DNA from: Kudoa neothunni
Taxonomy: Eukaryota; Animalia; Cnidaria
DNA length: 64,000 nucleotides
Reading direction: 5' to 3'
Assembly: GCA_964304625.1 (NCBI GenBank)
Contig: OZ199840.1
Span: forward strand, 6,575,252 to 6,639,251
Made by a program: the position numbers and the translations under genes. Position 1 is the stretch's first letter. Every line of letters begins with the position of its first letter. Below are positions 51,274 to 64,000 of this stretch, piece by piece. A model generated the notes under the pieces. That model was given only the letters and a program-made list of their open reading frames with translations, was not told where the DNA came from and made no database searches.

Positions 51274-53948
51274 TTTCTCTGTATATAACAATAAACAGAT
51301 CAATAATTTTCTTAAAATTATATATTCATTACTAATGTATGGGAGCAGTGATTTTCTTTTTTTTCCAAACGAGTTGCTAAATAAAGTAAAAAGATATACT
51401 GGATAAATTTCCACTTATCCTTATACGTCCAAATTTTCATTATGCAATAAAGTCTCAATACAATTTAACTTTTAATTCTTCCCCATATGACAATATGTAA
51501 CGTCCATTAAGCTTAATGGATTAGTAGGTAAAGTTTCTTATGTGTCGCTCAGCGCCTTTAATTCAGTTAAATTTAAAATTAAGGAAAAAAAGGGTCTCGC
51601 TCTCGCGCGGACTTTGCAAGAATATAATCCACTGAATTCTTAGTGTTCTGCTTTTTCAAAGTTATGCAGTAGAACCTTGGAGGAATACTAATGAGGAAAC
51701 ATATATTGTAACGCTATTAAAACGTTATCTGAAGTATAAACGGTAACTTGGAAACATTTTAATTGTCCAAAGGCTATTGAATTAAAGTTATCATCAATAA
51801 TTGATGATACACATTTTTTTTGAATTATATAAAAGAAAAATTTTCTATAAATGAAATTTTCAACCCCATAGAGTTAAGGTAGAAATAAAAAATAGATTTA
51901 ATTGAAGCTGATAAATTGATAGATAATATGTGTAAGAAAAATAAAAATGTCTCAAAATTTCGAAATAATAGCATCGCTCAAAAATTATTTAAGGATTCAA
52001 TACATTGATTTTATCAATACGCTAATTAATATATTACAAGAAAGTTAACTGATATAAATAAAAGCAGAACGGAGAAATATGCATTTCCAATAGATTTTCA
52101 GTTTTAAAGCGAATAGAAAAAATTTCAGAGCTAATGAATAGGTACAATGAGAAAAGAATTTAAAGGCATGACCGATATACCTTTTTAAGACCAAGCGACA
52201 AATTATCATTTAAATAAATCTAAAATAGAATAATGGTTTGTAAAAAACCAAAAATGATTTACGGGTTGAATACAGCCTTAGCAAATAAGGAAGCTTGTTA
52301 CTGTTTTATTAAGTTCATACAGTGACATTTCGTTCAAGCTACAATTGTATACCAGGAAGATATTTACCTCAAAAAAGTTGTTTTATGTTAGCAGTCATAT
52401 TCTATGAGATTCTTGATGTTTAATATAATATATTTAATAAATACAGCGGAAGAACTGTTATCCTCCTAAATAAAGCCCGTCTTCTTTTCAATCAAAAAAT
52501 TTATTTAAAAATATAAAACTTTTTTTCTTACTAAATATATCACTAACATGGAGAGGCGAATGAACCACGGTGTTCTCTAAAATTTAGAATCTAATAACAA
52601 AAACCCACATTGAGGCCACATGTTATTTTGCAAGAATACTACAGATGCTCGAAAAATTTTCATATCCACTAAGTGAAACTAAAATGCATTAAATAAGGCT
52701 GTTAATTCCATTAATGAAGTTATTTCAAAAACTCTTGATACTGTTATCAATATGTGGTATTTTTGGTATCTGTAAAATTGATAGCTTAAATATAAATCTT
52801 CACTTAATAAATTTAATAAAATTATAAATCGTTCTAAAATATTATTAAATGTCTTTTTATTTTAATAATAATATTATTTAAATAGTCGATTATTCGAGAG
52901 AGATGGGAATCGTTTATGGTAAAGGATCTGATTATATTTGGTTAATATAATAATTTTAAATTGGTTGAACTCCTTAATTTTAATGTTGGAAGCAAAATAG
53001 TTCCAAGAACTCAATTAAAGTCGTTAACACAACTAGGTAAGTGTTAATGGTTGAAAATGTCTCGGCATTATTTTCTTGAACAAAGTTATTAAAATTTATC
53101 CAAAATAATTTGGAGTGAGAAAAATAATAAATAATCAGTATATGCATTTGCATGTTAACGTACGTTCCCTCTAAAAATCTGACAATACAGTGACCCTATT
53201 GGAGTTTCCACTTTAGATTAAGTTCCGAATTTGTTAAAAATAAATTTAATATGTTAAAAGTAACAAACGTTTATTTTAAAATTTCTCCATTTTATAAGCC
53301 GAAATAAACAGATGTATTTGTTGTCTTAAAAATACGCTTAAACTTAGTTATGTTTGAAATAAATCTTAAAAGCTGATAAGTTAACGTGTAAATTCCATTA
53401 AGCCTGCATAAATATATTATTTTTTTAGGTGTATTTATTCCCTATAATTAATTTGAACGAATTTTATAGTTTTATTGGCATTAAAAATTGTAACCAAACA
53501 ATAATAATACAAATTTACAAATTTTTATATAGACGAATGAACCATAAAATATTATTCAAACAATATTTATTTTTTAATCATTTTAGAAAAGCACAACAAT
53601 TTAACCAAATTAATTTTAGAATTTTCTTGTTTTAAAAATTAAATATTCGCAAAATTAAAGTTATTTCATTCTACATATAATAAAATTGTTTATGTAATTA
53701 CATCCGTCAATTACTATTAAACATGGTATGCATTAAATGAAAGTAATCACCAAATCTTAATTGAATTTAATTATTTAAACATCATTATTCGGATATTAGA
53801 AATCATAAAAACTTTAGCGTTATATTAGTATTTTAGAGAATTGAATAAATAAAAATAATTCATAAATTTACTATTGCTTGATTCATTAACTTTATTTAAA
53901 TTAAAACTTGACGCAAAAGGTTTAATAAACGAACATCCATAATAAAGT

Positions 53949-54690
53949 CTACCGTAGTTTGTGACTATGTCTTTTCCTGAATAGTTTCTTAGGTTTTCTA
54001 ATACCATGAGAAAAGAAACCTCCTTTTTTGTTCGATGCAGGCGAGTCCTTATCTATAAGAACTACTCTATTCGGTTGCGGATTCATTGTAGTATCGTTTT
54101 CAATTAAATTTTGATCGTTTGATTGCTTCATGTTAATTGGAAAACTGATATTGTCAGTAGTATTTGCAACGTCAAATTGAAATTTAGGCTTAGCATTTGA
54201 ATTGGAAAATAATTCTACAAGGTCTTTTGGATCCGTTGTGTTAAAGTTATCAAGCTTTTCTTGCATTGAAATTTCCGGATGTGGTGTTATTATTTTTTCT
54301 TCAACATTCCCATTTCTTATATAAAATATTTAATTTGTATATATAAAAAGTGAATATGTTTATTTACATGTCAATATCTGAAGCTATTGGGAGTCTTTTG
54401 CTGGGATTAGATGTGCTAGTTAATTCCTCAGCGGTCGTAGTTGGAGAAACCAAAACTTTCACATTTTCCATGTCATATGGGGGCACCAAAATATCCAACT
54501 TATCATCGTAGGGTATCGCCACATGGGTTCTTTTACATTTAATACTATGCTCGACATTTCGAACATTACCGCGTGTTATTCCCTTCATTTGTCGTCCTAT
54601 ATGCATCTCTTCATGATCGCATAACATTCGTTTGATTTTTAGCGATAGAATCATCAATAACAAGTTTAGCAACACTTTACTAATAGTCAT
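53949..54690 (-). CDS. orphan secreted protein, 2 exons (intron 54316-54367), 229 aa
   Basis: Hydrophobic N-terminus MTISKVLLNLLLMILSL; a 52-nt GT-AG intron joins the two listed ORFs in frame; basic C-terminus IRKPKKLFRKRHSHKLR. Confidence 0.75.
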
Positions 54691-55185
54691 TGTGTGTTAG
54701 TTTTGATAGGTCTACTTTCTACGGATTAGTATGGAATGCGTCGTATGTGTTAAGATGAAATCGCCAATAATTCCTCAATTCAACTATATATAAATGTATT
54801 TACATTGTAAAAAGAAGTAAAAGCGTCTTTACAACCTTAAATAGGAAGTTTATTTTTGTTTTTAAAAAAAAATTACACATCTATTGAAGTACTGTTACTC
54901 AACTCTCTTGGTAGTAGGTTTGTAATGAGAATATTGATCAATAAATCGGTTTATAAACAAAATTAATTTATTAGTTTTAATGAAATAAAAAGAACTTAAC
55001 ATTTACCACTTCCCAATTTGGTTAAATATGTGATTTATGACGTCGGAATTCGGGGTGGTATGCAGATAGTTTTGAATTTAAACATTTTTTAAAAACAAAC
55101 TAAAAATAGATTCAATAATGATTTAAAAGTTTTTAAGCGTATAATATTTTTTACTTAAATTGGACTTTTTGTCCTTCTTATTTAA

Positions 55186-57034
55186 CCTTCCCAGCGCGTC
55201 AAAATCGGCTATACATTTAGTGCTTTTAGGGTCTATTAGACCCCACTTTTTTATTTGATATTATGAATTCAAATAATTTTTAAAACTTCATCATGCAAAA
55301 ATAAAAAAATTCTATCGACAAAATCGCACAATATTGGCAAAAAACATTACCGGCGAAATTTTCTGATGTCACCCGAATAATGATAGACTATATATTCTTG
55401 TTACAAAAATTTCCCCGAAATATTACGTAAGAACTTTCAAAAATATTTAAAACAATGTGTTATGAATTATCTCATATATAATTAATTAGATTAAAATTTG
55501 ACGGCACAACAAAATAGTTATCAACCAAATGGACTTAAAAGGTCTCCAATGTTCAACTTAAACGCATATATCAATGTAAACGTTAAAATTTACTTTCTGC
55601 GACCTTCCCTATTATTGTCTTTGAGTTTAAGGGCATTGTAATATATTATTTACATCAGATCTACAATATAATCGATGCTCTGCCTCTAATTAACAATTTA
55701 TTATGTACGTCAAAACAGAAACCTCATTCCGCAAAAATATGAAAATTGTAATGTAATTCAGACACTTATTTGTGTCAAATGAACTGTTATAACATGCACG
55801 TTCGAAATGTTCTTCGAGGCAATGTTTCTTACATACAACACATATGCATTGTTTTACGATCACGGTTTCTTGGGCTTACAGTACATTGTTTATGGGATTT
55901 TTTGGAGCAGTATTGGTGCGATTTGGATTTTCTGCTCTTAATTAAGTTACAAAATTAGTGCCAAGGAACTGCTGAAGGAACGGAATGTGCTAGCGAGATT
56001 CTCCAAAAATTAGTCTCTTGATTTTTTCATTAATGAATATGATTTTGTATAAGCAAAACACGTTTAAGAGATTTATGTCGATATTATAAAAAATAACTTC
56101 TGGCCCACGTCTGGAATATCTTTTTGAGCTTATGGAGGTGAAAATCCGATGAATCGTATCAATAGCTCATTTAATTTTTGTATAATAATTGATACCACCT
56201 GGCTTCTTCTTTTCATCGTTCAATATATTTGTATAAGCAGTTTAATTGGCTAAGATTAACAAATCCTTATTACTTTAGGGACATAAAAGGCTAAAATTTT
56301 CTTTTCACTAAACAGAAAAAGTGAGATAAACGATTCCCTTGTTGTTTTTTCATTATACGCGAAACATTCCTCTTATTAGCTCTAAGTGTTCTAACCATGG
56401 TAAGAGCCATTTTCAATAACTGCAAGCTCTTTGCAACAATGATTATAATACTGAAAGTCAAACATATTGGCATTACATGCAACATTTCTGTAAAAATTGC
56501 CATTCAAAAATATGCCAAAAATCTGTTATATGAAAGAGTCTCTCGACTGCAACATTTTTAAGACAAGAGGTCTTACTTAAAAAGTTTTCTTTTAGTATTT
56601 TGGAGGTTTTTAAGGCTTCTGCAGCCCAGATAAAATTATTGTCATCATATTCAGATAAATCAGTCGCAGAATCAATAAAATCAGAGGAATCGATGATTTC
56701 ACTGAAGTCGGAATTATAACCGGCGGAATATATTTCGTTAAAGGCCTCCGTGAAGACAAATTTTCATAATAAGATCGTTGGCAAGTATATCTCATTTTTC
56801 TCTTTATTTCGCCCATAGATTTTGCTAATATTCTCAATTCCATTTTATTATAATTTTATACATAAAATGAAAAAATGAAATTGTGGGGTCTATTGGACCC
56901 CAAAAGCATCAATTGTATAATTTTTATTTTATTTTTCATTCATTAATGATAATTCAAAATTTATTTTCAGACTTACAGTGTAAGAAATCTGATAAGAATA
57001 GACCGAGTTTTGGAAATTTTAGATAATTGGAAGG
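55186..57034 (-). mobile_element. old piggyBac remnant (right end uncertain)
   Basis: TTAA-CCTTCCC left end; palindromic subterminal motif GGGTCTATT(A/G)GACCCC at ~55229 and ~56886; minus-strand CTVSPRNRDRKTMHMCC (piggyBac Cys-rich domain) and YFYNIDINLLNVF. Confidence 0.65.
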
Positions 57035-57430
57035 ACAAAATATTTTTATTACGTGAATTAGTCAAATTCTAATATATGATACATAAATTGTTTGGCAAGC
57101 GAATAAAAATGCTCCTATTACAATGTTGAACATATTCTCTTAACTTTCTCTCTACATACATAATGGAATTAGAATTATTCTATGATGCTTAAAAATCATT
57201 AAGTCAATCGAACTCATACTCATCTATTGGGTCAATGTATATTATATAAAATCTAAAAACAAGATCTATGCAACCAATCTCATTGTAAACTGTAAGCTTT
57301 TCTTTTCACAAATTTAGCATAATCAATTGCTTTGTATTGTCTCAATTTGTAGAAACAGAATGTAGCGAATTTTTCAAGCAACATTTAAATTCCAAAAATA
57401 ATATGGGCTAAGCTGCCCTAAATTCCTTAA

Positions 57431-59790
57431 CCCTTTCGTTCCCAATTTTTTTACTTGAAATTTTTAATGTTAAATTAATTATAAAATTTATACTTTAAAC
57501 AAAAATTATTTAATAACAGTTTATAGTCTTTTTTAATCTGTCCACTATGGTGGACACTAGGTATTTATTTATCTCGGCATATTCGCGCATTGGTTACGCG
57601 CAAAAAAACACACACATAAAAAATTAAAATTTTAATATATTTTTACAGATTGTTATGAAGGTTATAGGAACAATTCCTTTCTTAATACAACAAAATGAAT
57701 GGCATTTGATACATTTAAATTTGGAAATTTTTGACAAACCCTACATCTTGAATGTGTTATTATTTCGGGTAAATGTTCAACCATATTCAGAAAAATTTCG
57801 TCATTCAAGGAATTAGATCTCGTGCTTCTTTATCGGTACTGGCGTAATTTATTCAACCATCAGTTTGATTAAGTGAGGGTCTACCACGTTTCGTTTGAGT
57901 AGTCATTGTTTGATGGTAGATAAGACATTCACTAACTTTAAAGGAAAATCCAACGAATCCATTGCTTCATTCTTATCGGTACGTCTCACAGAACAATTTC
58001 GTTTATAAATTAGCCAAGCGTTAACCATACATGTGTTTAGAGCCAACAAAAGATTCTTAAATAATACTTTCAGCATTTATGTTTCATAACATAAAGTGAC
58101 ATGAGCATATCGAATACGTCCCCCTCGCCCATATTTTGGTTATATTCCTTAACAACAGTTGGACAAGGAATTTCTACCATTTTTTTCTTAGACTTATCGA
58201 ATCTCTTTGACATTGAGACTGGCTCAATCAAGGAATGAGTATACGAAAGGATGACAGCTGACCCATCAAACCATCGTGTTATCGATATTCTATTGCCAGA
58301 GTTACGTGCAGAATCATACGAGCCACGTTATTTTTTTAAAATCTTTGTCACTACTCAATGGACAACCCTTTACTCTGTCAATACGTACTATACCAATGGA
58401 ATAGATATTTCTTCGTTTTAAGAAGATTTTGAGCGGGATATGTGTAAACCAATTGTCGAAATATGTGAAGTATGGTTCGTTCAACGGTAGACTTTTGCGC
58501 AGCTTTATGACAAAATCGCCTGATACAAGACCACAACTTTTGGTAACGGCAAGTTTTCGTCCATCATAACGATGAAAATCGTAAACCAAACTACCAACAC
58601 CACATCCCGAAAACATTTGAAACCCACATTTTGTTGGTTTATTGGGGACGTATTGCTTGGCCCTACATTTGCCTTTAAACGGGATAATTTGATCGTCAAT
58701 TTAGTGATTTCTTTCGGGCTCAATCTTTATAAACGATGCTCTGACAGAATCTAACAAAGGTCGAATCTTAGCGAATTTGTCGTATTAGGGCGAATTAGGA
58801 TACGTGATAATTTTACAATTATCCGCGAAGTGCAAGTATTTATATATTTGTTCAAAACGATTCCTTGAGTAAGAGTCGGAAACGAGGGGATAATTCACAA
58901 GTTTCGACCAATAACACCCATACCCAGCATTCTTACTATCCTCATAATAATAAAAAACCCCAGATATTTTTCTATTTCCTTAATATCAGTTTAGAAATTA
59001 GCATTTTGTTGAGTAGCGTACAGATTTTATTCATATGCAATTTTCGATATCAACTCATCCAGGAAAAAATTTTTTGAAATACTCAATGGACAGTATGAGG
59101 TCATGCAAGTCGCTGAAAATTATCTCATTGATTTCTAAATTTTCAGCTGGACTTGGAACATTCTGTTTCTTGCCCCACTTAAAATTTAAAATTTGATTCT
59201 CACCGGAACCGCTGGAATCTTGATATGTTTCATCATCCAATTCTGCCACGTTATTTTGAATGATAAGATAGTCCTACCCAGCTTCTATCACATCCTGTTC
59301 TGAATTATCTGTTTCCGGAAATACAATTACTTCTGTGATGGTTTTTCTTTTTTGTTTCTGACTAAAAACAACATCGTGGTCGATTAGAATATACTATCGG
59401 AGGTCCTCGAAGCCCCAATGTCCACTATAATACCCTCGTGGAGATTTGTGTGTTTTTTGATATATTTAAATCACAAATTAATTAAATTTCATCTATTAAA
59501 TATCTACTTCATTTTTGCAATATTAAATTTTCTCAGTAGCATTTTATGATTTATTAATACTTATTTTTCCAAATGTTTTAGATTATTTCATCGTTATAAA
59601 AAGGGAGGGTTGTATCACAAATAAAAATGACCATAAAGCGTTTATTAATATATTATCTCATTAAATGTATAGAATAATAACTTATGTTTATCATATTCAT
59701 AAATTATTCTTTAATAATGAATGTGCTTATATATATATATATATGCGAATTAATTTTTTTCCCGTAAAGTGGACAATGGGAACGAAAGGG
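57431..59790 (-). mobile_element. piggyBac (PGBD3-like) element, same lineage as 35919-38259
   Basis: TTAA-CCCTTTCGTTCCCAAT...AATGGGAACGAAAGGG-TTAA; decayed transposase with GDFVIKL, YFDNWFT, YNQNMGEGDV. Confidence 0.92.
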
Positions 59791-61984
59791 TTAAATCAAA
59801 TTTTTTTTATTTCAAGAATCTCATAAAAATTAAAAGTCCTTAAGAGGGCATTAAATGATACTTTATCAACCTTAAATTCTGCCAGAGGAATAAATAAACA
59901 CATTTTTATATATTTAGTCACTGCCACTTAGAGCTTGAAATATTGTTTAATTAACTCAAACTTCAATTTAGGAATTACAGTAGTGTGTGGGTCGTACGCA
60001 ATATGGCTCCAAGTCAATTTTTAAAAATTGACTTGTTTACCACTTATTTTGGTTTAATTCAAATTTAAATAGATCATTTGTTAATAAATAATTGGTTATC
60101 AACAAAATATTAGGGTTAAAAACTTATTGTATGGATCTCATGCAAGAACGGCTCGAGCTCAGCGCTTAATCTGAACTTGACAAAAAATAATGGATGGAGT
60201 GTCAATTTTAGCGAAACAAAAATACTTTACACTACCGAAAAACTCGAAATTATAAGGTTTTACGAGTTTATATCATATAATAAAGATGCTAAGTTCCATG
60301 CGATGGAAAAATTTGCCAATAAAATAGCACGATAATAAAAAGGTCTAAATGATCGGCTCTATTTTTGTCTTTTCTTGAAAAATAGAATAGACAACTCACT
60401 ATTTCTAAGAGAAAATAATTTTTATTGCTACTCGGATATTTCTTTTCCGACAACAAAAATATTTGTCTAACGTAAGACTGCTACTTTTCTTCGAACACAA
60501 CCGATGTGCTACAGCCATTGGATCATGGAATTGTCAAAGTTTTAAAATGATGCACAAAAGAATTATAATGATGTTATTCATACATCAGATCGAATTTCAA
60601 GATTGTGGCTACATTGTAACTAACGCTTTGGACGTTATACATTCGACAATAAAATTATGGGAATACATTAAAACGGAAAACATAGTGTTAACTACTTTAG
60701 GAAATCATTTTTCCTCCCCGAAAATCCACCAAATTATGATTCCTAAGATGTTCTTGATGATGATCAATTTAAACATGACATAATTGAGCTGATTGAAGAG
60801 GAGAAATCATTAGAATTAACAGATATTATTGATGGAACTCTTGAATGCAACATAGTCGACACCTCTGAAATTTGGACAACACTAGATTTTCCTGATTTTG
60901 ACATGGTTGATGACGACACTGATTATATTGATAAAGTTATTATATCAAACCATGAGTAACTATATTAATGGGGAAAAGTTAGAAAACTCCTTCTAAATAA
61001 AATTTTGTCAATGCTTGACAATATAAACCGAACTTAAAATGGCTGACTCTGGCTCAATGTTTGAACAATTTTTTAAGAAAAAAAATATAGAACGGTATTT
61101 TAATAACAAAAGGTATACAAATTAATGTTTTCTTCACATTAAATTATTATTGATTATATTACCGATTGAAAATTGTTCTTTCCCTCGGCGCGTGCGCTAT
61201 TCGAATGTGTCCAGCGCAAAGGTGGATGCAACGCGGTGGTTTTCATCTTCCCTATTTCTGCGTTGCCTCCATACACTACTGTAAATGTCTGAAAAATACA
61301 AAAAAATTTCTAATAAAACGTTAAATCTTGATATTGATAGCGTGCAACCGCAATTATTTTAAAACTCGAGTCTTACGTTGGGCGAGGCTTTCTAATCCTG
61401 TTACTTTTTGAAGTCTAGCTCTATTTGTCGCAACTTCTAAAGTATTAAATAGGAATAAGGTACACTTTAATCCGTGTAAATAATGCCAATTATATCCATG
61501 AGAAAATTTCTTCCGGCATATTCGAATTTCACATAGTTTAATGCAAAAACTCATAGCAAAACCCTGAAATAAAGTAAAAATTTATTTATTTATTCATTCA
61601 TTCATTCATTCATATTTAATTAATATTAAGTATTTACTTCGATAAAGATTTTTACTGCAAAGAAATAATTCTGAACACGCGCGCGCAACATCATAAAAAG
61701 ATACATTGCACCGCCACTTTTGCACTACTTATTCAACAAATATAATCGTATTTGAAAATAAACAAAATAGCCTCTCATCAAAACCAAATTATAAATTAGT
61801 TTCACACGAATCAATATAAATTCTTAATTAAAAGAACCGAAATATTTACTCGTGAAGTGTTGGTAAAAATTGAATCACCTATAGATTCGTAAACATTGTT
61901 CAGATTTAATAAATATTATGTTATTTTTGAATAAAATATCGGTGCCACCGAATTTATACGAAGTATCTAATCCCCTTGGTTGGT

Positions 61985-62522
61985 ATGATGGGCTCAAGTG
62001 GAAAGGTAATTTCGAATTCAGTTAAAATTTTACGCATGGCTTCCAGACCAAATCCCACAAGAGAACCCTTTCAAATAGTAACTAAAATTGTGTAACTGTT
62101 GTAATTGCAGTTAGACTGAAAATGCTCTTAAACAATTTCAATATCTTATGAAACTAAAGCCGGATACCGTAAATTTTTATTCTTAACAATGAAATTAATA
62201 GGTTGATTTGATTCGATTTTTCTTCGAAGATTGGATTACGTATTGGTGTCAAACAGAGGGGTTGTAGCGGATATGCTTATGATATGAGTTACTGTGATAA
62301 AAGAAACAATCAAGATCTTGAATTTAAAAAGAATGGTACCTTACATGGGCAATCAAAATTTCATTTTATGTAGACATTACTGTTTTTATTGATAACAAAG
62401 CGCAATTGACGCTGATAGGATCTGAAATCGATTTCATTGAGGATGAGTTGGGCTCCGAATTTATTTTCAAAAGCCCTTCTATAAAAAATCTCTGTGGTTG
62501 TGGTGAGAGTTTTAATCTATAA
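61985..62522 (+). CDS. ISCA1: mitochondrial iron-sulfur cluster assembly protein ISCA1, 4 exons (61985-62077, 62115-62168, 62230-62335, 62374-62522), 133 aa
   Basis: GLRIGVKQRGCSGYAY, VFIDNKAQLTLIGSEIDF, EFIF, CGCGESFN; basic, Ser-rich N-terminal presequence. Confidence 0.95.
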
Positions 62523-63055
62523 ATTATTTTTATTTGTTTGTATATATTTTGAAATTGTTTTTGTTTTGCAATCTATCCAGTTCTATGGTTCATTTCTTTT
62601 ATTGCCAATTAAACTCACACCGACTTTATATTTACACATTTTGTCATTTCATCACAAGTCTGCGTGTATCTCATATATTCTATGGTTAGAGTTTGGCATT
62701 ATTCCACTTAATTGGTATTTCTTGTTTTTAATCATTTTATTTTGAGGGGAAACCCCATTATTATAAGTCTATAAAATAATGTAAAATTTATTCAGGTTTT
62801 AAAAACAAATATTTCGCATAGAAAATTTTTAGTCGAGTCTTCTTTGAATAAAAATGGTGGCAGAGTTCGATTTAGGGGTCATTTCAATGGTTGACCTTGT
62901 TTGAACACCGAATGATGGGGCTGATAAAAAATAATTTTAAATAATAACATTTATGATTTAAATCTGGAAATAATAACTATTAAATCCAACCCAATAAAAA
63001 ATTAGTAAACATCTTCGCTTATCTCCGTACTATGTGCACGCATAAATTTAAAAAA

Positions 63056-63358
63056 ATGGCAGGAGACTCAGTATATAAGGGACTTGGCCGAAGAAAATAC
63101 TTCGATTCTCATGTTGATCTAGGTCATACATGTTACAAGAATAACATGATCGAATATTATGTCTCTCCTAATTATGTCAAACTTTATAATGATCCACCCA
63201 AAGTAGCATTCAAAAGGTTTCTCCGAAGATGTGTTATCTTCACACCGATTGCTGCATTGGTAGCATTTACATATGTGTCCGGAGAGTTGCTTAGTTATGG
63301 AGTCTACTATAATAATACCAAACATTACAACATTATGGGAATACCGGAAGACCAGTAG
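63056..63358 (+). CDS. UQCRQ: divergent cytochrome bc1 complex subunit 8 (UQCRQ/QCR8)-like protein (upstream ATG 63032 possible)
   Basis: GH...MIEYYVSP resembles QCR8 GH...ITSYAVSP; amphipathic FKRFLRR, then one Pro-containing TM helix followed by Y-x-x-G; ~100 aa. Confidence 0.6.
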   Translation: MAGDSVYKGLGRRKYFDSHVDLGHTCYKNNMIEYYVSPNYVKLYNDPPKVAFKRFLRRCVIFTPIAALVAFTYVSGELLSYGVYYNNTKHYNIMGIPEDQ

Positions 63359-64000
63359 TGAACATAAATTTTTGAAAACTTTTTGACATTTTTTTTATTT
63401 TTGAAGTTTTTTGCGCAATATAAACCCATGTGAAATTTCTATTTTAAATGTTGAATATTATGGGAAAGCTTTTCTAACTTAAAAATTAAATGAGATTGAT
63501 TTTTCTCACGGAGCTATTTAACCCTCGAATGCGGTGTTTCCCAACCTTTTTTCTGTCGCGCCCCACCTTTTTCAAATGTATTGATTTTTTAACTTAAACT
63601 GCTTATAATTTTGAATCAAGCTTCATGCCACATCAAAATTGGAAAGTGACTAGTATATATTTCTTTTTCATTAGAATTGAAATGTATTCGATCAGGTCTA
63701 GTTTAGTTTACAGATGGACTATAAAAATTAACCTTTTTATTTCTTCATTCAGTCAAAAGTCGCGTTATGCGAAACTTGTGGTAATCCAACCCGCACCAGG
63801 AAAAATTATTCTGTATTCGGGATTTATAAACCTAAAATAAATAATTAATATGGAAAATTAATCAATATTGTTTTTGGATAAGTCAAAGTAAGAGGGGATC
63901 GCGGCTATAAATGTGACAACATTGGAATTATAACCATACTGATTCTATTGAACAAAAACCATGTTAAATGTTTTTATATATGTTGTATAAATTAATCAGT

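Noticed and set aside
60160-61730. Possible pogo/MITE remnants
   Set aside because: A faint HTH-like start and small GC islands, but no definable termini.
63518-64000. TTAA-CCCT end and Charlie-like GTGTTTCCCAACC start
   Set aside because: No partner ends inside the window, so they cannot be confirmed.

Overview
AT-rich eukaryotic genomic DNA, very probably from an animal, using the standard genetic code. Short GT-AG introns (about 35-300 nt) and fast-evolving proteins suggest a compact parasite-type genome such as a myxozoan; this is inference only. Tight host-gene clusters alternate with transposon blocks, which make up roughly 40-45% of the window by hand tally. Recognisable genes are CDC42, WDR33/Pfs2, HRD1/SYVN1 (with a UPRE upstream), an intronless Hsp110 (with an HSE upstream), ISCA1, a UQCRQ/QCR8-like subunit, and a cryptic Mid1/NALF(FAM155)-like NALCN auxiliary subunit whose best-matching frame needs up to three +1 shifts. 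Several orphan multi-exon genes are also present. Mobile elements, all decayed: at least five piggyBac elements, three pogo/Tigger, two hAT plus a hAT MITE, one Merlin, a Kolobok-like long-TIR element, Helitron-like ends and three copies of a tRNA-derived SINE. At 29-38 kb a hAT transposase is split by three insertions, one of which itself carries a SINE. There is no CRISPR array, rRNA or bona fide tRNA. Exon models and family assignments come from manual translation and recalled motifs, not database searches.
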